Assembly: GCF_001194135.2 (NCBI RefSeq)
Contig: NC_068985.1
Coordinates: 54,008,393-54,072,392 of the forward strand
Direction: 5' to 3'
DNA: 64,000 nt
Source of the DNA: Octopus bimaculoides
Lineage: Eukaryota
This document shows positions 38,430-52,066 of the stretch, in pieces. The notes beneath the pieces are model-generated. The model did not search any database, was not told the DNA's origin, and was given only the letters and a program-made list of their open reading frames with translations. The position numbers and the translations under genes were made by a program. Within the stretch, counting starts at the first letter, position 1. Each line of letters begins with the position of its first letter.

Positions 38430-40216
38430 GCATGTACAACAAATCTGTATATTTGACTTGATTTTGTTTTTATAAAACATTAAACATTTATTTTGTGAAT
38501 TTTCTGATGTCGAAGTGATGAAGATGACATCTCACTGGTTAATAATCTTAATTTCACTACCATTGTTACATTGTTATCATAATTTCATGTCCATGCTCTT
38601 TGATGGTGTGGGTTGGATGGTTTAACAGAATTTAATGGGTCCAAGGACAGCATCGTGCTTTGGCAGGGTTCCTAAGGCTGGATGCCCTTCCTAATGCCAA
38701 CCACTTTACAAAGTGTACTGAGTGCATTTTTCCTAGCACCAGCTCCACTAGAAACATTAAACTGCTGGTTACACAGTAAGGACAGAGAAGTCACCTTGAT
38801 AAAAGTTTCAGCTTGTGGGGGAAGGGAGAGATGTAGAGAGGATGAGGTAAAGAGAGGAAGACAGAGAGGTGAAGCAAGAATGCAGAGAGAGAGCTGTAAC
38901 TATGAAAAATAATCTTTGGAGCAGGTACTTACAACAATGTTTCTACCAGAAGCTAACAATTATTTTTCAAAATGTTTCAATTTTATATTAAGTGAATGTA
39001 GGTCAGGAGGCCCAACATATAATTCTACAGTCACGATTTTTCATTCCTGACTGAACTGTTACCAGTGTCTATGTTATTTGTATTACTTTTCTATAGCCAT
39101 CTGATAAGCAATACTCGGATAAACATCATTTCCACTCAAACTGCCATGGAAAAATATTTCCTCATTCTTTTCTCTTGAACCCAAGGACACATAAGGCTAA
39201 TTACCCAGTTTCCATGACATATAAGGAGTGGGGTCACAAGATTCCCACAGAACAAGGCACTGGTCCACTGCAAGATTCAAGGCCAGCAATTTTGAGAGAA
39301 AGCAACAAATCAATTACATTGACCCCAGTACTTCACTGGTACTTTTATTGAACCCAAAGAGATGAAAGGCAAAATTTTGCCTCAGCAACATTTACACTTT
39401 TACTTGTTTCAGTCATTTGACTGTGGCCATGCTGGAGCACCGCCTTTAGTCGAGCAAATCGACCCCAGGACTTATTCTTTGGAAGCCTAGTACTTATTCT
39501 ATCGGCCTCTTTTTCCAAACCGCTAAGTTACGGGGATGTAAACACACCACCATTGGCTGTCAAGCGATGTTGGTGGGACAAACATACATATATATGATGG
39601 GCTTCTTTCAGTTTCCATCTACCAAATCCAAACACAAGCCTTTGTTCGGCNNNNNNNNNNNNNNNNNNNNNNNNNNNNNNNNNNNNNNNNNNNNNNNNNN
39701 NNNNNNNNNNNNNNNNNNNNNNNNNNNNNNNNNNNNNNNNNATTCTTTGTAAGCCTAGTACTTATTCTATCGGTCTCTTTTGCCGAACCGTTAGGTTACG
39801 GGGACGTAAACACACCAGCATCGGTTGTCAAGCGATGGTGGGGGGACAAACATAGACACACAAACATATATATATATATATACATATATATACGACGGGC
39901 TTCTTTCAGTTTCTGTCTACCAAATCCACTCACAAGGCTTTGGTCGGCCCGAGGCTATAGTAGAAGACACTTGCCCAAGGTGCCATGCAGTGAGACTGAA
40001 CCCAGAACCATGTGGTTGGTAAGCAAGCTACTTACCACACAGCCACTCCTATGCCTATATGAACATTTGAACTCAAAACGTAAAGAGCTAGAAGAAATGT
40101 TGCTCAGTATTTTGTCTGACATGCTAACAATTCTGCCAGCCTATTGCCTTGCATACAAACATAAGATACAAGATTTTCTAAGAAGTTAACATCATCAATG
40201 TATATGAACCAGTTAC

Positions 40217-40454
40217 CTTTCGATTCAGCCATGTCCACCGGGTCTGGCAATGGTTCTTCATATTGCTCTGATGCAGAGGATGTTGTAGAAATCATACTAT
40301 GCGGTCGGCTACTTGCACTCATTGTCAGCGAACTTGGCATGCTGGCAGTACCAGCAGACATAAGGCGCTTAGCTTCAAGCAATTGCTGAACTTGTTCTTG
40401 AGCAAGCTTCAGTTCTTCTCGGAGTCGGATTCTTTCATCATCATGTATCACTGA
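40217..40454 (-). CDS. ARHGEF11/12 (RhoGEF2-like) exon with C-terminal coiled coil
   Basis: Acceptor cttttattacag|TCA (phase 0), donor AAA G|gtaact (phase 1). Encodes SVIHDDERIRLREELKLAQEQVQQLLEAKR..EEPLPDPVDMAESK. Confidence 0.85.
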
Positions 40455-40639
40455 CTGTAATAAAAGATAATATTTTTACAATTTACTCATATATCAGCTG
40501 ATTATATTGCTTATTTTGATTTCATTTCAAGAAGATAAATAAATAAACCTCAAGAAATTAGACCCAAACACTTCACTCTCATCAACACTTCTAAGAGCAC
40601 AACCTGGACACAAAAAAAAAAAAACCAGACAGTGGGGGA

Positions 40640-40672
<33 letters not shown>

Positions 40673-40734
40673 ATATATATATATAAATAAAATGGTGCTT
40701 TATGCATTTGATAGGAGACAATTTAGAATAACAA

Positions 40735-40938
40735 TAACAGGGCCTGAAATTTCAAGGGGAGAGGATTAGTTGATTACACTGACCCCAGTTATCAACTGGT
40801 ACTTATTTTATTGACCCCAAAATAATGAAAGACAAAGCTGACCTTGGTGGCATTTGAACTCGGAATGTAAAGACATGAAATGCTGTTAAGCATTTTACCC
40901 AGTATGCCAATGAGTCTGCAGCTCCTTGCCTTTTTTAT

Positions 40939-40981
<43 letters not shown>

Positions 40982-41600
40982 GTTTCAAATTTTGGTACAA
41001 GACCACCAATTTTAGTGGGAAGGGGACAGTCAATGACACTGACCCCAGTTTTCAACTTGTACTTATTTTATCAAGACCAAAGTATGAAAAGCTATAACTC
41101 AGTGGTTTTTAAATGCAGAATGTCATTAATTGGAAGAAATCCTATCAAAAATTTTGTCCAATGGTTCTGCCAAGTCACAACTTCTAATATTGGCACACGG
41201 CCAGCAATTTTGAGAGGAGGGTGCTAGTTAATTAACATTGACCCCAACACTCAACTAGTGGTTATTTTATCAACTTCAATGATAGAAGGCAATGTTGATT
41301 TTGGCAGTATTTGAACTTAAAATGCAAAGATCAGGAAGAAATGCTACTACACATTTTCTTTGAACTGCTAACAATTGTACCAGCTCACTGCCTAAGTACT
41401 GATTTCAAAGTTTAACACAAAGCCAGCAAGTTTGTAGGAAGGGATAAATTGATTACATCAACCCAGTGTACTTATTTTATCGACCCCGAGAGATGAAAGG
41501 CAAAACTGACCTCGGTGGAATTTGGACTCAGATTGTAAAGATAGATGGAATGCTGCTAAGCATTTTTCCGGTGTGCTAATGATTCTGCCAGCTCACCATC
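40735..41600 (-). mobile_element. Second tandem chain (about 4 copies) of the MetaSINE-like SINE, separated by (AAT)n
   Basis: Same ~200-bp unit as 1293-3400, starting at about 40735, 40985, 41190 and 41405. Confidence 0.7.
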
Positions 41601-41677
41601 TTAATATTAACAACAGTAATGATAATAATAAAAGAGAATTTGGAACAACTGCTGAGTATACAAGTGTAAGAACTTAC

Positions 41678-41790
41678 CAACATATTAGTCACTAGACTGT
41701 TTAACTTGTTATTCATGTCTTGCAGTTTACTGTATGGGATGGGAATAGCAACTTGTGGGTTATCTCCCTTCGTTGCCACAGCAGACAAAC
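41678..41790 (-). CDS. ARHGEF11/12 (RhoGEF2-like) internal exon
   Basis: Acceptor tttttcaaatccgttag|GT (phase 1), donor TTG|gtaagt (phase 0). Encodes LSAVATKGDNPQVAIPIPYSKLQDMNNKLNSLVTNML. Confidence 0.85.
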
Positions 41791-44679
41791 CTAACGGATT
41801 TGAAAAACAACTTTGTAAAACACGAAACCGTTGTTGAACAATTGGGCAGGCCAATCAATAATCAACATTATTTTCATCTGATAATTGACATTTGATTAAA
41901 ATGACAAAAAAAAAAAAAAGACAACATCATTCTCTTAGGCAATGTCTTATTTTAAACTGAATTTCATTATCATATTTCGTTATTTAAAAAAAAGTTTAAT
42001 TACTCTGCCTCTTTTAAAAAAATATAATTACGATAATTCTACAAAATGTACGAATTATCATAATAACATACAAACCATCTTTATTGATAGAAGTTTTCTT
42101 TTTCTCTCTCATGCATACAACAATCTCTAATTTCATGTCTATAGTTGTATTTTTAAGTAATGTCAGGTCAGAAAAAGACCACAATATTCTAGAATGTTCT
42201 TCTTTAATTAAGCAATGACATTCAACTGACATAGTGTGAGTATTTGTTACTGGTTACCTAACAACACATCACAATACTCCAACAACAATAAATGGCACCA
42301 TGTCTCTTCTCTTTTTCTGACACTTTCAGGAGAATCTGAGAGACCACATGAGATGATATAGGACTACGTCGAGGATTTTCCAAGCCAACTAAAAGAACAC
42401 AGGACAATCTAATGGAAACTAAAATACATGAGACTATTTTAATACAACCTAGAATGACCAATAAAGTTACTAATTCTTAGCTTACAGATTACATGAAAGT
42501 CAATAAAAATTAAAAGCTACAGGCATAGCTGTGTGATTAAGAATTTCACTTTGCAACCATGTAGGCTCGGGTTCAGTCCACTGTACAGTATCTTAAACAA
42601 GAGTCTTCTACAATTTCCCACGACTGCTTGACAACCAGTGTGAGTTTGTTTGCATCCCTGCAACTTAGTTTAACAAAAGAGAATGATAGAACAAGTACCA
42701 GACTTATAAACATACACATGGTTGAATTGATAACATAGGGTTTGTAGTTTGTATCTTGTTATTAACACAAACATCATAGTTTGTTGATAGTAGAAACACG
42801 TATGTTCCAATGGTCCAGTCTACCTAGCTAGTGAGTAGGTCTGACAGGAACTACTTCAAAACCACAGACTGGTTTATTGTCTTTTAAAGCCCATATTCAG
42901 TTGTTGAAAATTAAGTTTGAAGGAGGAGGAGGGCCCACATTAAGCTCACTTATCATTGATACAAATTACACAAAGATGGCATCTTCAGTAGTCTTGCTTA
43001 TTGAAACCACTAACGCAGATGTTCAAAAAATATTTAAAAAAAGAAAAAGAAAACTTAAATCTTTACATCACCATTTTTCTGTTGGAGACTTGAAAATAGC
43101 TTGCTTATGCAAATGCTGTCAACTAAAAGCTCCACAGACCAAATGCCAATAGATTTCAGGGGGTCATTGGGAGAGAATATGTGTTGTTTCAGGGTGTTTC
43201 TTCTGATAGCTTTACAGTACATCTTCCCCACAACTGATGTGAAGTCCTGACTCACTGGATCAACTGAGTAGTATTTAGCTATCGACATTTGATCTTCACT
43301 TCTTTATCTCAGGATCATCAACCTCATTCAAATTGTGGTGCAGGTCTAACTTACAATATAAGTACCTGCCTTACACCTATACATCACATCTGTAACTAGG
43401 TTCCATCATTCCTTTTCAGCCATATCCAATGGCAGGCCGTCTAGATTTCTTTCAGGATGGCATTAGTTTAGCAATGATCCACCATGAATGATAACAGCTA
43501 TTACTGACTTTGTTTTAATTAATTTTGAAAATAATGAAGAATTTAGCAAAATAATTTTTCGACATAATTGTAGGTATTTGGAACATAAATTAGCATGGAA
43601 TTTTGAGAGAAGATTTTAGAACAGGAAGTTTGTATCAAAGAACCAAGGGTGGTCTCAGATGGGTTGGTGTCAAAATGGAAATTGTAAGCTATTTGTATAT
43701 TTCATATCCATATCAAATTGTGAGTCATACTTCAACATTTAGGTAAAAATCTATGTTTTCAGTACTATTACACTTCAAGGAGTTCATTGACTGAGAGTGA
43801 TAAAAAATTAATCAACTTTATAGATGTAGCTAAATAAAGGCATTTGATTCAATAAAAAGAAACCATTTTAACCACATTTTGTGGGTGATTAAACTTGTGA
43901 ACAAGCTCAGTATTATATCTTATACTGTTTGACTTGTCAATTTTATTGCTTAAATTGACAGTATCTGATGCCACCAGCCAGCAATTAATCTAGTTGATAA
44001 TTATGAATCAATTATTAAGATTCTCCTAAATCACTACAAAATAAAACCACACTGCTCTATTTGATTTATCACAACTGATTACTACTTTACAAAGCACTGG
44101 CAGGAACTAGTAGCAACCTGTTTAAACAGTTTCTAACTATGGGAATTAGATGCCAAGAGGACATTTAGACATGCATGAAAGAGAACCTAAACTAAAAACT
44201 AAAACCATTTAAGGAACATTACTGATATTTTAGACAATCGCTTTTGATTTGGCAATCTTTGTAAAGAACAATGATACAGATAAAAGATAAATACTTTATA
44301 GTCAATAGTAGTGTTATAGAACTGAGACTAAACACAGGATCAAGATCATATATATATATAAAAATGTCATGTCACAACACAACCTTTATAAATACCAAAG
44401 ATCAGAAATCTTGTATTTGCCAAACCCTTCATGCTCACAGCAGAAACCTTATAACTTACCTTACTTCAACAAGAAACATTTTCTCAAGAGAAAAAGAATA
44501 ACTAAAACAAAATAAATCATCAGAAGCTAGAATAAAGAGAGACATACAAAACAGAACTGGTTGGGAATGTAAAATACACATCAAAAATAGAATGGTTAAT
44601 TAGTATACAATAAATCATAGATAGTGACTATGGTTCTAAATTCCTAAAAAGGCAGAGTGTATGTTTTAGACCACATGTG

Positions 44680-44751
<72 letters not shown>

Positions 44752-46045
44752 GATTAATGAAAATAATGATAATTTTGATATTCAGTTTAAAAATGACAAA
44801 TATTTTTGCATGTGTTAGTAAATAGTGTTATTTTAGTGCTGATTAAATTTGTTAGTAGTAGGAATATTTGCAAGCAAGGCGATTAGTAACCTAAAAGAAG
44901 CCATACAGTTACCTAGGTGGAGCCACATGAGCTTACATTAGATGATTTCAAATAAAGAAATTTAAGGATGATAAAAAATTTATCTCTGTGTACAGGCTGG
45001 TTGAATACAGCTAGATATAAGAGTAAGCGTACATAGATACTGACTAATTCAAGATATCCCACATGATTGATTTATAGTGATAAGTAATAAGTGATGTGAA
45101 TTCTATAGGATTGTAAGATTTTTGTCAATAGTCTTAAGCGGTCCCACTAACCATTGCTTGGACTGTAAAATAATGCTGTACAAGAGAGTTTCTGGTATAC
45201 AATATGACATTCAGGAAGATCATTTACAGAGGATAGAATACAGATGATAGGAAAAAAAAAAAAAATCTGTAAGTCGATGTAATATTTATTAAAAAAATGA
45301 ATAAAATCACTTTGATGGAATTTGTTATTGCTTTTGGCTGACTTAAAGAATACCATTACTGTTATCACTAATTATATAATTTCAACTTGATATCTAGTGA
45401 TAGTCTTCCAGTTAAGCATGCATACTTTGTTGAAAAGTATGTTTGATATTTTGAGCTTGTCAGAGGAATTATGTGATTGCAAAAAAAAAAAAAATACATA
45501 AAGAAAAATGTGAAAATATCTGTGACTAAAAGAATGAGACTGAATATGCATGTGTTTGTGTGCATGTGAAGTGAATCTGTGGGTGGAGTTAAGCTTTGTA
45601 TGAAGAAAAATGCAGTAGTAAAATTCCTTTTCCTCAGAAACAGAACAGGGACAATACAGAGAAATCCAGATTGGATTGGAAAATTCAAGGAAATATATTT
45701 CCTTGGCTAACAAGGAGGGTAAAAAAAAAATTCCAATTTAAAACAGGAATAATAACAAGGAATCAATGTGTGTGTGTGTGTGTGTGTGTTAATTACAAGC
45801 ATCTCCTCCACCCCCACCAATGTCATGTAAGTGTTACATTCCTGAAAATCTTGCCACAACATGAAATGTATTCCTCATTGACTTCCATGTTATACGATAG
45901 CAATGGAAAAAGCAAGTTTTGGCTCTCGGAATCACACAATTTGGCAAAAGTTTCAAGACTGTATTGCAGTGGTGGAGTGGGGTTGTGCCTGAGTGTAAGA
46001 GTGTGAATGCATACACACACACACACACACACACACAAATGTGTG

Positions 46046-46089
<44 letters not shown>

Positions 46090-47264
46090 ATGGTAGGGCC
46101 CCAGCATGGCCACAGCTTGCAGGCTGAAAAAAGGTAAAAAGAGAAAAAGTGCATGTAAGAAACAGAGATTCGGTTTGCTCCTTGTTTGAAAGTTATATTT
46201 CAATATCGGTTGTTGAGGCAGAACGAACATAATGAAGCAATGTGAAAAAGAGGAGACACACATAAGTGACCAACACTATAATAGTTTGACATTGCATTCG
46301 TCAGAGAAGAGCATTTCTTTAAAGCTGATGGCAATGAATTCGTCTGTCTCAGATGTAATTCTGGATAAATGATCATGAAAAGCAATCTCTATCAGATCAT
46401 CATATTAATTCCGCTATAGACCTATATATATGTATATATATATAAAAATGTAATAACTAACAGCCATAACACATCACCACCACCATCACCATCACCATCA
46501 CCATCACCATCACCATCATCATCATCATCATCATGGCATGCATACAAAGCTGTTCAGGCTAGTGAGCTACCAGTCTGTAGTAGATATATTCTTATCATTT
46601 GTTTTAGTTGCTCATTACATATACTTCAGATTTAGTTTCAGGACTTTTCTTTGTATAAGGTAAATTTGTAATTGCATAACCATTGCAAACAGAATGCAGC
46701 AAAGCAAGACGAACTGTTTTACTAAGGCCTCCGCAAAGAAATAAAACAAAGAATTGCTCATGATCAAAATGGCATAACCATATTTTTATACAGAAAAAGA
46801 AAAAAATTATTGAACTACAGTTAATGATAATAAGGTCAGCTTAATCATTGCCAATGAAGCAGAAAAAAATATATATAAAGATATTTTTATCAAGTACAGA
46901 CAATATATGACTGTTATTTTGCTACAAATATGTAATATTTACAATATCTGAAACAAGGAGTAACTGATAGAAAACACAAAGCGAGTAATAATTGTATGTA
47001 AAACTACTATGTAATATGTGAATGTTCTAATATGCATACATGAAGATGGAGTGAAATGATGTAAAAGAAAGAAAAGACTGAACAGACTGTCTGAAATTAT
47101 GAAGTAAAATAACTTTGGAGTAAAGTTTTTTCTATTTGAAATAGTTGGCTTGAAGTTAAGGAAATATTTAAGTAGTGAGAAAAATGGTTGGTAAATAAAG
47201 TTAAGAACAGATGATGATGACTTACATAGTTATATGAAGGTTAACAAAAATAAATGATAACTCA

Positions 47265-47560
47265 CATAACTGAATGATGACTAACAGTTAGTTATGACTA
47301 ATATAATTAAATGATGATTGACATCAATAATGCTGACTTGCATATATGTAAAAATATACATCATTAAATGATGACGAATATAATTGAATGATGATTAACA
47401 AAATTGAATGATGGCTAACATAATTAAATGATGGCTAACATAATTAAATGATGGCTAACATAATTGAAAATTGAATGATAGCATAATTAAATGATGGCTA
47501 ACATAATTGAAAATTGAATGATGACTAACATAATTTAATAATGATTAACATCTTTAAATG
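47265..47560. repeat. Minisatellite, ~20-bp unit (taattaaatgatggctaaca)
   Basis: Several near-perfect tandem copies at about 47400-47530 with degenerate flanking copies. Confidence 0.8.
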
Positions 47561-47955
47561 GTAACCAACACGTTTTAATCAATGACCATGCAAGATTAAG
47601 GGCAAATTATCCATTTCTTCGTCAATCCAAAGCTCAAACCAAATAATCTGAAAGCCTTTAGAAAGATGGTTAAGGGGTTAATACCAGAGGAAAATGGAAG
47701 AGTCAGATGAAGAATTCCAAGATGTTGCAAAAACATGAAAAGTTCTGATCAGGTATTAAGTGAAAGGGACAGATTTGTCTTTGAAACTTAGAGACAAGAT
47801 TAAAAAAGAAAACAACAAACTTGTTGACACTGAGAGACAAGGACCTGTGATTAAACACTGACAGACGCAGACCTGTAGTAAAGTTACTGACAAACATTGG
47901 TAGGTTATTTTAGTCTTGGATGAGGACAACAACCAAAAATACACAGATACTAGTT

Positions 47956-47991
<36 letters not shown>

Positions 47992-48264
47992 AAGAGGATA
48001 CAACTTGTACCATTATTACAAATGTGAAGAATGAGAGCAAACTTCAAAGTGGATTGATAAAGACATTTAAAAAAATATATATTTATAAAATTGTATACAG
48101 ATGATTAAGTGAAATATTAGTGGAAGAAGCAATAGCTTAGAAAAAAAAAAAGAGGAAAGAAAAAGTTTATCGTGAAAAAAAAAAAAGAGAAAAATATCAC
48201 TCAGACATATATTGTGTCTGTAGTGCAAAAAGGAGACATGTGAATATGTGGAGGAGTCACCTAC

Positions 48265-48466
48265 TATCAGTGGTTGGATGAAGATCTGGAGTGGTCGTAG
48301 AGTTGGCCACAAGCCCATGTGATGGTACGGTAGTGATCATGATTTCGAGGAGTTCTTTGCTATGGTACGAACAGGCTAATATCACCTCCTGGAGATCCAC
48401 AAACTGCTGCTGCTGCTGTTGCTGCTGCTGTCGCCGCTTTTCACCCATCGCCTTCTCAGACGCCAT
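48265..48466 (-). CDS. ARHGEF11/12 (RhoGEF2-like) internal exon containing polyQ
   Basis: Acceptor gtgatgacag|ATG (phase 0). The donor GAT A|gtaggt (phase 1) fits the next exon; an alternative AG|gtgact donor lies at 48261. Encodes MASEKAMGEKRRQ9FVDLQEVILACSYHSKELLEIM. Confidence 0.75.
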
Positions 48467-50138
48467 CTGTCATCACAGAGACAACTCCACCAGTTAAATA
48501 CTTGCCAGGGTTATAATCACACATAGAAACGGCTTCTAGAGCCATTGCCACACACTGTATATTTATATTTGCATCATTTAGGGGGTTGATAGTTTGTTTC
48601 AAGAGGAATTTTAGTATAGGTTTTCTTTCATATACTACAAACTGCATCATATTCTAAAGCCTAACTAAAACAAACATCAGGAGAAATGTTTTAATTAATG
48701 ACTATATACAACTGAATCTATAGTAACTGTTAGCAAACAATATTCTAAATACCGCTGACTAATCACTTGTAGTTTATACAAACCTGGAGAAAGCAGGAAT
48801 GGTTTGACAGAAGCAAGATAACCAATAATTCCAAACAGTTGGTTAATGTCGGTTTTGAAGACTAACAATAATTAACATTAACCACTAGACACTTTAAATG
48901 TTTAGACACTTTAAAGCTAGACAATTTAAATACTACAAACTAATGACCTGTTGTTTATACTAACAGAGGAGGATATGAGAATAGAAGCAAGATAACTAGT
49001 AATTCTAAACAGCTCTGAGGACTAATGATAATTAATATTACCATATATAGTAGACACTTTGTTTTATTAAATTCATTTGCTAATATTCTAAAAGGATTCA
49101 GATATACTGAAAGATACTTAAGGCCTGCTGTTAACCAACCTCTTGATGGTGCTTTGGTCTGCATATAAGCTATACCCGCAAAGCTGTGTCTTGTTTCTAT
49201 GAGGGTAGCATCAGAGTGAAATCTCATCTTTAAAGGAATGAATGAATTCTATATGGATTCAATACTTTGTGTTCTCATTTGTACTGTGTGTGCATGTATT
49301 TATATAAATTATACATAAACACACACACACACATTACACTAAATGACAAAGCTCCTTACAAATGAGAAAAGGAATGAGTTTAATAACCTTTATATATTTT
49401 ACCCATAAAGGCTTATCATAAAAACATAAACTGTCAAGAAATGTTAATCTATACAATACTGGCCATGTTGTTTATATACCTAAGCACACATATACAAAAT
49501 TAGTGTTTAATCTAAATCTCTTTTGGTTAGATGTAAGGCCAGTATTAGAAAGGAGAGGAAGAGGTGGCATGGCCCAGTGTATTACTGATATTTCTTTTAA
49601 AGGCTTCAAAAATGAGTCAAAGCAAATGATACTTCCAGTGTGAACAGTAAGGCAGTAGACTATACATACAAACTTATAAGCAGTTGTTCTTCAACATAAA
49701 CACAATTACCATCTCCACTAACATTATTATAATTATTATCTCTTCTTTTTTAAAGAGTTAGTTTATGTCCATTTGAAGATGCTCAGTTTTTTAAGAGTAA
49801 CAAGGCTTTGTGAATAGAGTGGAGTGGAAAAGCTGAGGCCTCAGAAGATAAAGTTGACAATTTCCTAACAACAGAAGTCACAGCTAGACAATTAGACAAC
49901 TGCAAACTATTCCAATCTTTTGGTATCTCAGTGGTCATTCTCATCTTTAGCACTATGTTGTGTTGAAACAGTTCTACTTCTTAAGACACCAGGGACTTTC
50001 ATTAATTAAGACTGCTTAATTATTTTTATATTAAGGGCCATGATTGGACNNNNNNNNNNNNNNNNNNNNNNNNNNNNNNNNNNNNNNNNNNNNNNNNNNN
50101 NNNNNNNNNNNNNNNNNNNNNNNNNNNNNNNNNNNNNN

Positions 50139-50174
<36 letters not shown>

Positions 50175-50246
50175 GTCAACTATATTGCTTATTTAACAGG
50201 ACTTTATATATAAGAAAAAATTTGAGAGAGAGTGTGTGTGTGTGTA

Positions 50247-50277
<31 letters not shown>

Positions 50278-51373
50278 ACACATGCATGCACACACACACA
50301 CACACACACACACATTATGCAATAGAAGCAGCTCTGTATTGTAAACATTATTAAAATCACATACTTTGTGTATGTGTGTTGTTTAAACACCAGGAGCTGT
50401 GATTTTTCTTCTGGAAAAGATATTTTTAAAGATATTTAATTGTTAAAAAACACATCAGTATAGAAGTGTGTTATTTATATTAGTGACTTAACATGGATTG
50501 AAACTAAACACAAGGCACAAAAAATATAGAGATTGTTAAATTTTTAAAGAGCATTCAGCTCTTTCTAAAAACTATTACATATTTCTTAAACTTTCAGAGT
50601 TTATAATATTCAACTAACAGAGCTAATTCTAATGACTCTAGCAGAGGTAATTCTGTAGTCTCCAGCTTACTGAGTCAATTCTATAGATCTTAGCTAATAG
50701 GCATGATTCTATATTTTATAACTGAGACAACTGTACAGCCTCTAATTAATTGCTTCAAATTTTGGCACAAGGCTAGCAAGTTTGGGGAGAAGGGGGTAAG
50801 TCACTTACATCAACCCCAGTGGTCAACTGGTACTTATTTTATTGATCTCGATAGGAGGAAAGGCAAAGTTGATCAAGGCATAATTAGAACTCAGACGGTA
50901 AATGCAGACAGAATACCGCAAAGCATTTTGCCTGATGTGTTAGCGATTCTTTTCTAAAGTCTCTCTCTCTAGAAAACGGACACAATTTGATAGACTAATT
51001 AATAGAGACAATTTCTATCAACCCTAGTAACAAAGTACTCTTTAACTTAATTTTAAAGCAAAAACATAATGAAACTCAAAGTAAAATTCAGTTATGATTT
51101 CTTTTTTTTGTAAACCATTCAAAATATTTTCCCTGTAATTTTCACAAAATTACATTCAAAATTTGGTTAGCTAAATATTAAAATTAATCCCTCTATTCAA
51201 TTAAAGTACAAATTAATAATTTTTCTATAGTTATTAACTGGCAAATCTTTGTGTTTTTCAGCATTTAATATATTTTTATATTATTCTTAGGGACGGTCAT
51301 ATTTTGCTAATAAACACAACACTATACATTTGGTCTGTACTTTAGCATTATTACTATAGTTTTTTGTTTCTTT

Positions 51374-51416
51374 GTCAAAGCTCTTTCATCACACATCCTG
51401 TGACCTTTTCAGTGAC
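51374..51416 (-). ncRNA. Degenerate minimal hammerhead motif (core G8->A)
   Basis: GTCA-CTGAAAA-G-GTCAC aggatgt GTGAT-GAAA-G AG C-TT/TGAC. Confidence 0.5.
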
Positions 51417-51538
51417 TTTTCATTCCACGTGTCTCCTCTTGTTCCACTTATTTCGTTTTACTCACTCTCACACACACACACACACACAGAAAGACAAAAT
51501 AGAATAAGCAGAACAAGAGGAGATACATGGAATGAAGA

Positions 51539-51581
51539 GTCACTGACGAGGTCACAGAATGTGTGACAAAAGAGCTCTGAC
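51539..51581 (+). ncRNA. Degenerate minimal hammerhead motif (core G12->A)
   Basis: GTCA-CTGACGA-G-GTCAC agaatgt GTGAC-AAAA-G AG C-TC/TGAC. Confidence 0.55.
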
Positions 51582-52029
51582 AAAGAAACAAAAATTATAA
51601 GTATAAAGCTGAAATAAAGACCAAACATATAGTGCATGTATTTATTGGAAAAATATAACCATCCCCAAGTATAACAATATCCGTTTCAACACACGATTTC
51701 ACATCAAGAATCTTGCATAAATACATAAACGTAATGTATTTTTACTTTAAACAGAAATAAATGTAGGCATATCCTTGAAAGGTTTCATAGTCTTCTTTCA
51801 TAGCCCTGATGCCTTGTATATACTGACAACTGTTAAATCTGCCCAATAATTAAACAACAAAAACAACACAACAAAGACAAAATAATTATTGTTTTCGCTA
51901 GGACGTCCTGTATTTATTGAGGCATTCCAAGTCTTGGCCCTTATATGGATGGACATCATTCTCCTGTTTACTCTACTATACACATACATATACAGATACA
52001 TACACACACAAACATATATAAACATACAT

Positions 52030-52066
<37 letters not shown>

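Larger units (their letters stand above)
51288..51667. repeat. Foldback with ~175-bp arms around a (CA)n loop; each arm carries a mutated hammerhead motif (PLE pseudo-LTR derived)
   Basis: About 51288-51465 is the reverse complement of about 51490-51667 (e.g. tttgtttctttgtcaaagctctttcatcacacat versus atgtgtgacaaaagagctctgacaaagaaacaaa). Confidence 0.85.
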
